Notes: generated from the sequence alone by a model not told the origin. Shown: positions 1-11,946, counted from the stretch's first letter. The stretch is DNA of 64,000 nt from Candidatus Poribacteria bacterium (GCA_965222225.1 CBDCTK010000002.1:416001-480000); one strand, 5' to 3'. Numbers and translations: made by a program.

Positions 1-498
1 CTTTAGACTGGCATACCAACTATCAAAACACACACATTCAGGAGCAAAACCGCGTGTTTTCGCTTCTTCAAGCATGGCGCGGAAATGCTCATTCTTCGTC
101 AAGCCGTCTTTGGCTTTATCATAGATTCGATAATCACACGGAATATGTCTATCGCCATCCGTCCAGAGCAAAGTGACCAAGTTAATCCCATTCACAACTC
201 GGTGGTGTTTCCCTGACCAGTGTTTTGTCACGAGTTCAATCTTTTGTGAATAAGGTTTATCCAGAGTCGAGTCATCTATAACTAAAATTCCGGATTCTAA
301 TTTCACCTGATTTCTCGATTCTTGCCACAGTTTGCCAGTATCGGGTTCCTCTCGATGCAAGAGCCGTGTTATCGAATCGTGAGCCGGAGGATTATCAGCT
401 TGGGGTTGAACTTTTTCCGATTCAAGACAACTGTAACTTTTCTGAGCGGCTACCAAGAAATCAATATAGTCAGTGTCAGTATATTTAGGGGGATTCAT
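1..498 (-). CDS. IS701-family transposase (N-terminal part, runs off window start)
   Basis: Manual translation from ATG at 498: MNPPKYTDTDYIDFL...HDSITRLL...LVIDDSTLDKPYSQKIELVTKHWSGKHHRVVNGINLVTLLW...FDSWYAS, with IS701/DDE-type motifs. Not in the ORF track. Confidence 0.88.
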   Translation of the reverse strand, partial: MNPPKYTDTDYIDFLVAAQKSYSCLESEKVQPQADNPPAHDSITRLLHREEPDTGKLWQESRNQVKLESGILVIDDSTLDKPYSQKIELVTKHWSGKHHRVVNGINLVTLLWTDGDRHIPCDYRIYDKAKDGLTKNEHFRAMLEEAKTRGFAPECVCFDSWYASLK

Positions 499-540
499 AC
501 TCAAATTATAACCTATTTTCACTCAACTGCGTAACTCCTA
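1..540 (-). mobile_element. IS701-family element end
   Basis: Terminal sequence TAGGAGTTACGCAGT (minus strand, 526-540) ~30 bp upstream of the transposase start; related ends recur at 27881 and 61875/61981. Confidence 0.65.
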
Positions 541-593
541 TTAAAGACAATCCAGACCGTATCATTTACCACGGCGTAATAGAGAAAACACAC

Positions 594-1742
594 ATGAACA
601 GTGGTAGGAAGATTCACGTTGTGGTCGTTGGCGCCGGCATTATTGGGGCCTCAATCGCTTATTTCCTATCGCGTCGCAACAATGTTAATGTAACAGTATT
701 AGAGAAATCCGTACCCGGATTGGGTGCATCGGGGCATTCCTTCGCTTGGCTGAATTCCTTTGAAAAGGATCCGGTAGGTTATCACAATCTGAATTGTCGA
801 TCCATGGATGCCTGGCATCGGTTTACCCAAGGACTCGACCGAGACATCGGGTTCCACTGCGGCGGACAACTCCGATGGGAAAACACCGACGAAGGAGCGA
901 GGGCATTACGCGAACGTGTCAAACAGTTGCAGGTATGGGGATATGCCTGTCGGATTATCACAGCGACTGAAATGCGCCAACTTGAACCAGGGTTGTTACC
1001 CGGGACCGTGAAGGCGGCATCTTTGTCACAAGCCGATGGCTGCGTCGAGCCGCTCAAAGTAATTGAAGCATGTTTAGAGAAAGCGCGCGAGCATGGAGCC
1101 GTCGTGCAAATGCAAGCCCCTGTAACCGGCATCTCTGTCGGAAATGGTTCAAACACATCGCGACATGTCAAGGCACTAAGAACACTGCGTGATGAAGTTG
1201 GTTGTGACATTGCGGTGTTGACTGGCGGCGTTCACACGACGCAGCTTGCCGCTATGGCTGGAGTGCATATCCCTCAACAGGAAAGCCCGGGTGTTGTTGT
1301 TCGGACCACTCCCTGTCCACCCCTGCTGAGCAGCGTATCCGTTATCCATGCCCCTAGGATTGGCATTGGTCGGTTGGATGTGCACTTCCGACAAGCATCT
1401 GACGGTACACTGATGATTGGTCAGGGCACTCAAGAGAGCCTGAATCGCGACGATTCACAGGAACACGCCGATGAACTGCTAGCCCGAGCGAAACATTACT
1501 TGCCATCAATTGCCGATGCATCCGCGGTTCCCGTGCCTGTTGGTTATCGTCCAATGCCGATTGACGGTTTCCCGGTGCTAGGATTCGTACCATCCGTACC
1601 CAATCTCTATATTGCGCTCATGCACAGCGGCGTCACGTTGGCTCCACTGGTAGGTGAGTTGGCAACTCTTGAGATTGCTGATGGCGTGCGTGTTGAGATG
1701 CTAAACCCTTACCGACCTAGGCGGTTTGGACAGAATTGTTAG
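594..1742 (+). CDS. FAD-dependent oxidoreductase (DAO/glycine oxidase family)
   Basis: N-terminal VVVVGAGIIG Rossmann motif, GYRPMPIDGFP and HSGVTLAP C-terminal motifs. Confidence 0.9.
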   Translation: MNSGRKIHVVVVGAGIIGASIAYFLSRRNNVNVTVLEKSVPGLGASGHSFAWLNSFEKDPVGYHNLNCRSMDAWHRFTQGLDRDIGFHCGGQLRWENTDEGARALRERVKQLQVWGYACRIITATEMRQLEPGLLPGTVKAASLSQADGCVEPLKVIEACLEKAREHGAVVQMQAPVTGISVGNGSNTSRHVKALRTLRDEVGCDIAVLTGGVHTTQLAAMAGVHIPQQESPGVVVRTTPCPPLLSSVSVIHAPRIGIGRLDVHFRQASDGTLMIGQGTQESLNRDDSQEHADELLARAKHYLPSIADASAVPVPVGYRPMPIDGFPVLGFVPSVPNLYIALMHSGVTLAPLVGELATLEIADGVRVEMLNPYRPRRFGQNC

Positions 1743-1813
1743 AAACTTGATTGCTCATGAGTTTTGGTACAATTGTTTCCTGATGCAGTTGAACAGGATG
1801 AGCGTGTTTCATC

Positions 1814-2311
1814 ATGAAAATTGGATACGCGGTTTATGAAAGTTACATCTAGACCTTTTGCAACCGCCTGAAATCATCTTTCGGCAATGAAAAGATTCTC
1901 TCAATGACGCTTTTCGGATCCGTGGCGAGAGGGCAAGCCCGATTGGACAGTGATATTGACCTCTTGGTAGTCCACAAAAAAGTGGATTTCAACCCGGTAC
2001 ACCGGTCTGTCGATATTGCTCTTGCGTTACGAGAGGAAAACGAGTATAAGCGCCTCATAGAGCAAGGGCTGGATCCGCAGCCTTCATGCATCTTTATGAC
2101 CGAGGGCGAACTTTGGGATAGACCACATATCTTACTCGACATTCTTGTCGAAGGCATCCTTCTCTATGACGTAGGCATATTGGAATCTCGCCTCGAAGCA
2201 CTGAGAGAGCGACTCAATGCCTTGGGGTCGAAGCGAATTGGGTTGCCGGACGGCACATGGTATTGGGATTTGAAACCGGATTGGAAGCCGGGGGAGATAA
2301 TTGAGCTATGA
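1814..2311 (+). pseudogene. Minimal nucleotidyltransferase (MNT) antitoxin, in-frame TAG at 1850-1852
   Basis: LFGSVARG...SDIDLLVV motif and WYWDLKPD tail; ATG at 1814 is in frame with the 1904 ORF but is followed by a stop at codon 13. Confidence 0.7.
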
Positions 2312-2733
2312 ACAATACCGACCTAAATGGCAGGTTAGTCCTAGAGGCCCAGATGATTTTGGAGGAGGCAAAACGTGCGTTCGACAGCCCAGCTTGGAAT
2401 CTCGTGGTAAGGAGAGCGCAGGAGGTGGTTGAATTATCACTGGAAGGGCTATTAAAGCTCATGGGCGTCGAATTTCCGAAAACGCACGATGTTGGCGACA
2501 CCTTCGCAAAAATCTGCACAGAGAAGAGAATTGAGATTGAAGGTGAGAAACTAGCGGAGATACAACAAATTACACAGCAGTTGGCACGAGATCGTGCACC
2601 GGCGTTTTATATAGAGACGGAATAGCCGCGAGAACAGGGCTAGCCAAGCCTTGCGGTCCGCCGAGACGGTGTTAACCGAAGCCCAAGAACTGACTCAGAG
2701 ACTCTTGGTAGCTAGGCTACCGTTTTTCGCTTG
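2308..2733 (+). pseudogene. HEPN-domain toxin, premature TAG (2623-2625) plus +1 frameshift
   Basis: AQEVVELSLEGLL...PKTHDV...RAPAFY; the final helix (ASQALRSAETVL...) continues past the stop in a shifted frame; ATGA overlap with the MNT gene. Confidence 0.72.
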
Positions 2734-2965
2734 AATCGCAGTCCATACGGTGTTTTTCAATTATACTATTATGACACACCCAATCGAATTGTTGCCCTTC
2801 ACACCAAACCGTGTAGGCAGGGATCGAACGAGTGGACAACGAGGACGATAGAGATCTCCTTGCCCCGCCTTGGAAGGCTTGATTGACGCTATTAATGCAC
2901 TGCGAATATAGAGAAATGGTATAACTAACAATCTTTCTGGAATTGATTCAAGGAGTACACGATTT

Positions 2966-3985
2966 GTGAAAGCGGCAGTATTTGAGCAGGCAGGTAAACT
3001 AAGTATACAGGACAAACCTATACCGAGTCTTGTCTCGGGTGACGTCCTTATCAAAGTTGATTTGTGCGGTGTCTGTGCCTCTGATCTTGCCGCCCTCAAC
3101 GGAGACGTTACAGATTACTCGCCACCTGTTGTAATGGGTCATGAACTTGCTGGCGTTGTTGTCGATAGCCGGCGTTCTGACGTGAAAGTGGGCGAGAAAG
3201 TTACCGTCAACCCAATGCTCTCGTGCGGGACCTGCGAATACTGTCGGGCTGACCTAGACAAATATTGCGAAAAGATTGAAGGAATTGGCCACGATATTGA
3301 TGGAGGATACGCTGAATACATCCGCATGCCGAAACACGGGATTGACACCGGAAAACTCATTTCTGTCCCGGACTCAATCCCTGCCGAAGAGCTTCTTTTT
3401 CTTGAGCCGTTAGGCTGTTGTCTCAATGCGATGCGCGAGACCATTTTCGATAAGAGTGTGGCAATCTTGGGCGCGGGTCCCATCGGACTTCTTTTTGCGC
3501 AACTGACCCAAAAAAGCGGCTTCCAAACATATATGTTGGAGCCACTTGCCCATCGCCGCGAAGTCGCAGAAAGAGTTGGGGTTGAAGCAGCTATTGACAT
3601 TACCGGAGAGCACCTTGCCGCGCTCATTGAGACCACCAGTGGCGGCGTAGATACAGTAATATCGGCGACGACCAACAATCAACGGGCTATTGACCTCGCG
3701 TTCAAAGTTGCCCGGCGTGGAGGCTGCATTAACTTCTTCGGACTTGCCCCCGCCGGACAAGAAATTCGGGTCAATCTTGAGCATTTTCACTACATGGGCC
3801 ATAAGTTGATGGCGTCGTGGGCGTTCTCGCGCTGGAGTCTGAACGAGTCTCGCCGGGTGCTCATCGAAAAGGAACTTGATTTTGCGCCACTGCTAACCCA
3901 CCGGTATCCCATTGAACAAGCAGTAGGAGCGTTTGAAAACGCACGAAAACAACGAGGCGTGAAAAGTGTTCTTGTTGGCGAATGA
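2966..3985 (+). CDS. Zinc-dependent alcohol/polyol dehydrogenase (MDR family)
   Basis: CGVCASD, GHE, CGTCEYC...C structural Zn site, GAGPIG. Confidence 0.92.
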   Translation: MKAAVFEQAGKLSIQDKPIPSLVSGDVLIKVDLCGVCASDLAALNGDVTDYSPPVVMGHELAGVVVDSRRSDVKVGEKVTVNPMLSCGTCEYCRADLDKYCEKIEGIGHDIDGGYAEYIRMPKHGIDTGKLISVPDSIPAEELLFLEPLGCCLNAMRETIFDKSVAILGAGPIGLLFAQLTQKSGFQTYMLEPLAHRREVAERVGVEAAIDITGEHLAALIETTSGGVDTVISATTNNQRAIDLAFKVARRGGCINFFGLAPAGQEIRVNLEHFHYMGHKLMASWAFSRWSLNESRRVLIEKELDFAPLLTHRYPIEQAVGAFENARKQRGVKSVLVGE

Positions 3986-4106
3986 ACTGCCCGAAATCGG
4001 ACAATTCCGAGGACGCGATTGGACGCATTGGTTCATTTTCAAGCAGAAAAGGGAAATCACGACGTAAAATAACTGGCACTGAAAGTGCATTCAATACACT
4101 TGTACG

Positions 4107-4286
4107 AATAACGAGAATCTCCTAGACGGATTGTTCGATCTGCTGAAGCATGCCAAGGATGAACATCTGCTGTATGAAGGACGAACTTATGGCGGAGGAC
4201 TCAACAAAATTGAACCCAAGGAACTAGCACGAGTGCCATTGCCTAACCATCCACGACTTGAACAGATTGATGCTATAGTCATTTAG
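4107..4286 (+). pseudogene. C-terminal remnant of an N6-adenine DNA methyltransferase (Eco57I-like class)
   Basis: Manual translation ...LLYEGRTYGGGLNKIEPKELARVPLP resembles the GRxYGGGLxKxEPxEL C-terminus of such methylases; no 5' part present. Confidence 0.55.
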
Positions 4287-4484
4287 ACTCATATTTACAC
4301 ATACTTGTTGGTGATTTGATGATTGAAAGTTATTACGAAAGATTTATTGTAGGAGCGATCTCCCGATCGCGACCTCCTGTCGCGCGCAAAGCTCGGTCTG
4401 ACAGAAGTCGCGTAATGAATTGCGCTACTACGAACCGAACCAAGTCGATTCCACATGTGTAATCCTTAATTGCAATGACTATAC
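4273..4484. mobile_element. ~210-bp MITE (CTATAGTC...GACTATA ends) containing an inverted GTAG-REP pair, copy 1
   Basis: Full-length similarity to 8545-8754; internal GTAGGAGCGATCTCCCGATCGCGAC and inverted GTCGCGTAATGAATTGCGCTACTAC. Confidence 0.8.
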
Positions 4485-4517
4485 ATCCAAACAACTTATT
4501 CTTTTTGAGCGTCATTC

Positions 4518-5441
4518 TTGATGAAAACCTTAAAAGCCTACCTTGAACTCATCCGATATCCTCTCTTTGCCATCCCGATTGTCGCCACGCTGCCGGGAAC
4601 TTTAATTGCGTCCGAAGGGCGAATAAACTGGCGTGTGGGGGTTACACTATTCACAGCCCTGCTTGGATACTTCGCGGGGATGATGAAGAATGATTATTTT
4701 CACCGGGGACAAGATGCCGTCGTCAATCCACACCGCCCACTTCCGTCACACCGACTCACGCCTCGACAGGCGTTGATCACGGCAAGCGCCACCTACATCC
4801 TCTGCGTTATTCTAGGGTTTGTGCTCCACATCAAAGCCGGGCTACTCGTGATTACCCTTGTGATGATTTCCCACTGTTATAACGCCATTTTCAAGGAGCG
4901 AGGAGTGTGGGGGAGCATCAGTTTACCGGTTGGCATTGGGCTGCTAAACGTATTTGGCGCTCTAGCCGTTAGCGGCGGAGTGCCGCGTTTGGTCTGGTAC
5001 GCGTTTGCCGCGACAACGCTGTACGATTGCGGCACGCATATTACGACAACTTTCAAGGACATTGAGCGTGATAAGCGGATCGGGATAACTACCACGCCCG
5101 TACAATTGGGTATCAAACCCGCCCTTACAATTTCCGCGATCGCAACAGTCTCCGCCTTCGTTGTTGCGGCTTTGCCACACTTGCTGGAAGGTGTCAGTTG
5201 GCACTACACTCTATGGATCCTCTGTGCGTTGATTGCCACGGGTATTACCCGACTGCCGCTCTATCTGGATGCAAACGAGAAGAACGGATATCGCGCATTG
5301 AAGGGTTCCATGATTGGCGCCATCACATTTTTTCCCTGTTTAATCGGAGTTCAATTCTCGATATGGCAATCCGCGCTAATCATTGTACCGCTCCTCTTGA
5401 TAACCCTGGTTCTGTTGCAGATTACAAAGCGGGAAGTTTAA
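4518..5441 (+). CDS. UbiA-family prenyltransferase
   Basis: NDYF...D...NPHRPLPS and FKDIERD Asp-rich motifs; multiple TM segments. Confidence 0.85.
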   Translation: MMKTLKAYLELIRYPLFAIPIVATLPGTLIASEGRINWRVGVTLFTALLGYFAGMMKNDYFHRGQDAVVNPHRPLPSHRLTPRQALITASATYILCVILGFVLHIKAGLLVITLVMISHCYNAIFKERGVWGSISLPVGIGLLNVFGALAVSGGVPRLVWYAFAATTLYDCGTHITTTFKDIERDKRIGITTTPVQLGIKPALTISAIATVSAFVVAALPHLLEGVSWHYTLWILCALIATGITRLPLYLDANEKNGYRALKGSMIGAITFFPCLIGVQFSIWQSALIIVPLLLITLVLLQITKREV

Positions 5442-5609
5442 GCTGTCTTTGTGTCTCTTAAAATTGCTATACTCTACGTAGACATGGATATTGGTTACGA
5501 TGCGACAACTGTGGAAGTAGGATAAAAAGAGCAAGCAATTTTCTTCGACATAAGGTCTTGCAACCCACCAGCCAAATGGAAACACACGGCACGAATATCG
5601 GAATATGAA

Positions 5610-6638
5610 ATGCAGCATATACTGTTTGCATTATTCTCGGCTATTCTGTTTGGTGCATCTACGCCGATAGGGAAGATACTGCTTAACAGTCTTCCGCCTT
5701 TCCAACTCGCGGGATTGTTGTATATTGGTGCAGCAGTTGGCGTTCTTCCTTTCGCGGTACGACAGAGAACCACTAAGAAAATCCATCGGATTGGGAAACG
5801 CAATTTACTTCGCCTAGTCGGAGCAATCTCTTTTGGTGGCATCGCGGGGCCCGTGTTGCTCCTGTTCGGATTGCAGAAAGCGCCCGCTGCCTCCGTCGCC
5901 ATGTGGTTAAACATGGAACTAGCCGCTACCGCCATACTAGGATGTCTACTGTTTCGAGAATATCTGGGTGGCTATGGGTGGCTAGGAGTTATTGGCACGA
6001 TTGGGGCATCGGTAATGTTATCATGGCACGAGGGGACTATCGGTTTTTTTGCGATGCTACTCGTGGCTGCAGCTAGCATCTGCTGGGGATTAGACAATCA
6101 TCTGACCGCTTTAATTGACGGGATTACTCCGACTCAGAGCACATTTTGGAAAGGGGCGATTGCGGGCACAACGAATCTGATTATAAGCATTTTACTAGAA
6201 CTCCAAGGAAAAGCGATGTGGGTTCTGGCATCAGCCGTAATTGTGGGAATATTCTCTTACGGTTTCAGTATTAGTCTTTACATCTTGGCGGCGCAAAATC
6301 TTGGCGCAACCCGGAGTCAAATGATCTTCGCTAGCGCACCGTTCTGTGGCGTAGCTTTATCCGTTGTTCTAGTGGGGGAGACCATTTCAGTCATTCAAGC
6401 TATGGCTGCTGTGATTTTGGTCATTTCCCTCACTGTCTTGTTGCGAGACCAACATACCCATTCGCATACGCATGAACCCCTGCACCATAAACATAGACAC
6501 AGACATGATGATGGCCACCATGACCATGTCCACACTGACGGTGAAGGGGCAGTTTATCACAGTCAATGGCACACACATGAACCAATAACCCATGCACATC
6601 CCCATTGGCCGGATATTCACCATCGGCATCGGCATTAG
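5610..6638 (+). CDS. DMT/EamA transporter with His-rich C-terminal tail
   Basis: About 10 TM helices; tail HTHSHTHEPLHHKHRHRHDDGHHDHVH...HWPDIHHRHRH. Confidence 0.88.
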   Translation: MQHILFALFSAILFGASTPIGKILLNSLPPFQLAGLLYIGAAVGVLPFAVRQRTTKKIHRIGKRNLLRLVGAISFGGIAGPVLLLFGLQKAPAASVAMWLNMELAATAILGCLLFREYLGGYGWLGVIGTIGASVMLSWHEGTIGFFAMLLVAAASICWGLDNHLTALIDGITPTQSTFWKGAIAGTTNLIISILLELQGKAMWVLASAVIVGIFSYGFSISLYILAAQNLGATRSQMIFASAPFCGVALSVVLVGETISVIQAMAAVILVISLTVLLRDQHTHSHTHEPLHHKHRHRHDDGHHDHVHTDGEGAVYHSQWHTHEPITHAHPHWPDIHHRHRH

Positions 6639-6737
6639 TCCACATACCGAGAGGGATTGATGTATATGTGGTTGGTTCTGTGGAGGTCCAACGCAACACC
6701 TAATAATGACTATAGATTGGAAGTGGTGTACCCATGA

Positions 6738-7514
6738 ATGCACACTATGAACATGACAACCGTACTCGGAAGGCTTGGTGTTGATAAACACACACTGAGT
6801 GTAGATGAGAAAAGAGCGCTAGACGAAGACGGATTTTTGCGTCTTGAGAACCTGATGACATCGGAGGAAGTCGAGGCATTTGTCCGCCGCCTTGACGAAC
6901 TTGCGAAAATTGAGGGCGACGATGCCGGAAAGGAGGTACATCAAGAGCAAGGCACAATTCGTTTGAGCAACTTGATTGACAAAGATCCGATTTTTGAGAA
7001 ATGTGTAATATCGCCACGGCTTTTGGCGGCGATTCGGCATGTTCTTGGCGATGAGTTTAAGAGCTCCTCGTTGAACAGTCGTGCCGCATTGCCCGGATAT
7101 GGACGACAGGGGTTGCACGCCGATTGGGGCGGAGCCGTGATACCGGGTGACTATTTTGTATGTAACTCTATTTGGTTACTTTCCGATTTTACACGTCAAA
7201 ACGGAGCCACTCGCGTTGTACCCGGATCGCATCGCTGCGGTAAAACCGTGACAGATGTGATGTCCGATACAAATTCGGACCACCCGAATCAGGTTCAACT
7301 CATTGGAGAGGCTGGCACCGTTGTCGTATTTAACTCGCACCTCTGGCACGGCGGCATGGAGAACGAAACAGATGTTCCAAGGCGAGCGATGCATTCCTAC
7401 TTCTGTCGCCGCGATCAGCGTCAACAACTGAATCAGCGCAAGTGGCTGCGAAAGGAAACAATTGCTAGATTATCCTTGGAAAGCCGGGTTATACTGGATG
7501 TGGACGAGCCCTAA
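6738..7514 (+). CDS. Phytanoyl-CoA dioxygenase (PhyH) family protein
   Basis: LHAD, NGATRVVPGSH, LWHGG and R facial-triad/2OG motifs. Confidence 0.9.
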   Translation: MHTMNMTTVLGRLGVDKHTLSVDEKRALDEDGFLRLENLMTSEEVEAFVRRLDELAKIEGDDAGKEVHQEQGTIRLSNLIDKDPIFEKCVISPRLLAAIRHVLGDEFKSSSLNSRAALPGYGRQGLHADWGGAVIPGDYFVCNSIWLLSDFTRQNGATRVVPGSHRCGKTVTDVMSDTNSDHPNQVQLIGEAGTVVVFNSHLWHGGMENETDVPRRAMHSYFCRRDQRQQLNQRKWLRKETIARLSLESRVILDVDEP

Positions 7515-7567
7515 CAAGGAAGTAATACAGTGATGTCTCTAAACTAAATAGGAGAGGGTACGAACCA

Positions 7568-8362
7568 ATGACGAAACTGACTCCCGAAGAAATCAGATTT
7601 TTTAGAGGCGAAGGTTTTCTCATCAAACGCAGAATCATGGATGAAAGTCTTACGGCACAGGCGCGTGAGAGATTATGGGAGAACGCGCCGCCTGAAATTG
7701 ACCCCAATAATCCCGACACATGGGTTGGCCCAATTCAGGAATACAGGGAAAAGAATAACGAGAAGGGCAATGATGGCGGCGGGTACGGATGGTGGTACCG
7801 TGGGATAGGCGGCGAAGAATGGATGGTACGAATGCTTGTGACTCACCCGCCAATTTGGGAGATAGTGGAGCAGATGCTGGGAGAAGGGGAAGTCGTTAAA
7901 CCAAACAGCGTCCGTGGTATTTATTGCCGCCTTCCCGAGGGCAATGCCCCGAGAAAACCCCTTGGTTGTCATATCGACGCTCACGCATTTCATCTGGGCG
8001 TGGTGGGATATATTGATGATGTCGCGCCAAATGGAGGAGGCTTTTCGGTTTGGCCCAGAAGCCACCGTGTTTTCTATTACAGTAATCAAACCCGAAATCT
8101 GAGAGACGATACAGAACAGTACGCGAATAACCTCGCATACTTCAAGCACAATACTCCGATCGATTGCCATGGTCGAGCCGGCGATGTTGTCTTTTGGCAT
8201 CACCGGTTGGCGCATTCTGCGGGCAGTAATCGGTCAAAAGGGATTCGCAAGGCGGTATTGGGTGATTATGTGAAGAAGAATATCGAACGCACAATGAACG
8301 AGCCGCCATGTGAAGACATGTGGGAGGAATGGCCCGGAATCCCCTCGGATGGGAAAGCGTAA
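7568..8362 (+). CDS. PhyH family Fe(II)/2OG dioxygenase
   Basis: HID, GGGFSVWPRSH, GDVVFWHHRLAHSAGSN...R. Confidence 0.88.
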   Translation: MTKLTPEEIRFFRGEGFLIKRRIMDESLTAQARERLWENAPPEIDPNNPDTWVGPIQEYREKNNEKGNDGGGYGWWYRGIGGEEWMVRMLVTHPPIWEIVEQMLGEGEVVKPNSVRGIYCRLPEGNAPRKPLGCHIDAHAFHLGVVGYIDDVAPNGGGFSVWPRSHRVFYYSNQTRNLRDDTEQYANNLAYFKHNTPIDCHGRAGDVVFWHHRLAHSAGSNRSKGIRKAVLGDYVKKNIERTMNEPPCEDMWEEWPGIPSDGKA

Positions 8363-8544
8363 CCGGTCAAAGTGACATCGCTAAACGACCAAAAAATCAT
8401 GGCACGTCGATCTATCTGCCGTGAACCAGACTTCCAACAACGACAAGATTGTTTCACCGGACCAAGGCGTACGATAACCGGTGAGCGCTCGAGAGTCACG
8501 ATCGCCGAATATGGAAAAGCGCGATCGGCTCCGGATATTTCAAT

Positions 8545-8754
8545 CTATAGTCGCTTAGATTCATATTTACACACACTTGCTGGCGATTTGATGGTTGAAA
8601 GTTATTGCGAAAGTTTTTTGTAGGAGCGATCTCCCGATCGCGACCTCCTGTCGCGTGCAAAGTTCAATCCGACAAAAGTCGCGTAATAAATTGCGCTACT
8701 ACGAACCGAACCAAGTTGATCCCACATGTGTGATTCTTAATTGTGAGACTATAG
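8545..8754. mobile_element. ~210-bp MITE with REP pair, copy 2
   Basis: Perfect CTATAGTC/GACTATAG termini; homologous to 4273-4484. Confidence 0.82.
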
Positions 8755-8810
8755 TGGCGAGAGAATTTCTAGCCCGTCAAACCCTTTGATATCCGACACC
8801 CATCAATGTA

Positions 8811-9947
8811 ATGAGTCTGACAGAGCAGATTAAAGCGCATGCGCAGAGATTGGGATTCGAGTTGGTTGGCATTACCCCTGCCGAAGAAAGTCAGACCATC
8901 CGACTCTATGAGAAGTGGTTAGAGAACGGATACGCCGGGAAAATGGGGTATCTTGAAAAACACCTTCAGTTAAAACGCGATCCGCGTAATTGCCTGCCGG
9001 AAGCCAAGTCAATCATCAGTTTAGCAATCAATTATTATACGCACGATCCTACCCAAACACTTGCCGAAAATCCGGCAAGAGGCCAAATCTCCCGGTACGC
9101 ATGGGGAGATGATTACCACGAGATTATTCGCGCCAAATTGCGTAAACTCACAGAGTTCATTGATGAGACTGGGCAGAAAAAACTTAAGCAAAAAATCTAC
9201 GTGGACACGGGACCAATTATCGAACGTGAATACGCTCAGAAGGCGGGCATCGGATGGATTGGCAAAAATACAAACTTCATAAACTGGCAATCGGGTTCAT
9301 GGTATTTTCTCGCTGAACTTCTCGTAAGCATTGAATTGGAGTACGATTGGCAGTTACCGCGTGGAAGTTGCGGTACGTGTACCCGTTGCATTGAAGCGTG
9401 TCCGACGGATGCGATTGTTGCCCCAAATGTACTTGATTCCCGTCTCTGCATTTCCTACCTTACCATCGAGTTGAAGGATAGTATTCCAAGGGAGCTACGC
9501 CCACAGATGGGCAACCTGATTTTCGGTTGCGATATCTGCCAAGAAGTCTGCCCATGGAATAGCAAGGCGACACCGTCAACTGAACTAGGGTTTTACTCAC
9601 GCGAGGAGAACATCGCACCAAAACTGCTTTCCCTTATCGACATGACGCAAGCAGAATTTAGCAAACGCTTTAAAAATAGTCCCATTAAGCGCGCCAAAAG
9701 ACGTGGATTCCTCAGGAATGTCGCCGTCGCCCTCGGGAATTGGGGAAATCGGCGGGCGGTCCCGGCTCTCAAGCGAGCGTTGAATGATGATGAAGCGCTC
9801 GTCAGAGAACACGCCGCCTGGGCGCTGGGCAAAATCGGCGGGCGATCGGCACGCGAAGCTTTAGGTGGGAGACTGAGCGTGGAAACTGAAGCCCAAGTCG
9901 CAAGTGAAATCAGGGAGGCCTTACGAGGGATGACACGTTCAGCATGA
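8811..9947 (+). CDS. queG: Epoxyqueuosine reductase
   Basis: ISRYAWGDDYH, CGTCTRCIEACPT, CISYLTIE, FGCDICQEVCPWN, HEAT tail. Confidence 0.96.
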   Translation: MSLTEQIKAHAQRLGFELVGITPAEESQTIRLYEKWLENGYAGKMGYLEKHLQLKRDPRNCLPEAKSIISLAINYYTHDPTQTLAENPARGQISRYAWGDDYHEIIRAKLRKLTEFIDETGQKKLKQKIYVDTGPIIEREYAQKAGIGWIGKNTNFINWQSGSWYFLAELLVSIELEYDWQLPRGSCGTCTRCIEACPTDAIVAPNVLDSRLCISYLTIELKDSIPRELRPQMGNLIFGCDICQEVCPWNSKATPSTELGFYSREENIAPKLLSLIDMTQAEFSKRFKNSPIKRAKRRGFLRNVAVALGNWGNRRAVPALKRALNDDEALVREHAAWALGKIGGRSAREALGGRLSVETEAQVASEIREALRGMTRSA

Positions 9948-10017
9948 AAACCCGCAGCTGCGAATCCTCTTTTATATTGAAGAAACTTTGGACACTTCGC
10001 AGACCATTGATGGGTAA

Positions 10018-11190
<1,173 letters not shown>

Positions 11191-11211
11191 ATAATTTGCG
11201 CATTTCTTCCA

Positions 11212-11946
11212 ATGCGAAACATTAAGCTGACAATTGAATACGATGGGACAAATTATCATGGCTGGCAGATTCAACCCAACGGCATCACCGTCCAAGAAGT
11301 TATTCAAAACGCTCTCGCGGCGCTCACCAAAACGCAGGCACAGATTATTGGCGCGGGCAGAACGGACACGGGGGTACACGCCGCGGGTCAGGTTGCCAAT
11401 TTTTTCACTGATTCCAAGATGTCCTCAGGTTCTATCCAGAAAGCGTTGAACTCACTTCTTCCTGAAGATGTCGTGATTACTGAAATCCAAGATGTCTCAC
11501 CTGATTTTCACGCCCGTTTCAGTGCACTAAGCCGAACCTATCAATATACCATCCTCAATCGAGAATTTCCGTCCGCATTTTTAGGCAATACTGCTTACTT
11601 TTTACCGCGTCCAATCCATGTCGAGCGAATTGATGATATCTGCCGCGCGTTAATTGGAAAAAAGGATTTCTCCTCATTTCAACGTTCTGGGAGTGAGCGC
11701 ATCAACCCTATCTGTGAGGTTTTTGGGGCGTCGTGTTGGCGTGATGCTGATTTGGTTTACTTTCAAATTGAGGCAGATGCGTTTTTGCGAGGAATGGTTC
11801 GAGCCATAATTGGGACTGCGCTCAAATTGCAGGAGACTCCAGACAAAATCAATCAGTTTCAGAAGATCTTGGACGCCAAGGACAGGAGTGTTGCCGGTCC
11901 TTCCGCGCCTGCACATGGGCTATCGCTAATCGCCGTGAAATACTGA
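11212..11946 (+). CDS. truA: tRNA pseudouridine(38-40) synthase
   Basis: YDGTNYHGWQ, AGRTDTGVHA, FHARFSA, FLRGMVR, SAPAHGL. Confidence 0.97.
   Translation: MRNIKLTIEYDGTNYHGWQIQPNGITVQEVIQNALAALTKTQAQIIGAGRTDTGVHAAGQVANFFTDSKMSSGSIQKALNSLLPEDVVITEIQDVSPDFHARFSALSRTYQYTILNREFPSAFLGNTAYFLPRPIHVERIDDICRALIGKKDFSSFQRSGSERINPICEVFGASCWRDADLVYFQIEADAFLRGMVRAIIGTALKLQETPDKINQFQKILDAKDRSVAGPSAPAHGLSLIAVKY

Noticed and set aside
1814-2625. Amber stop-codon recoding (TAG read-through)
   Set aside because: Many intact genes end in TAG at expected positions, the HEPN gene also has a frameshift, and another pseudogene has an internal TAA.
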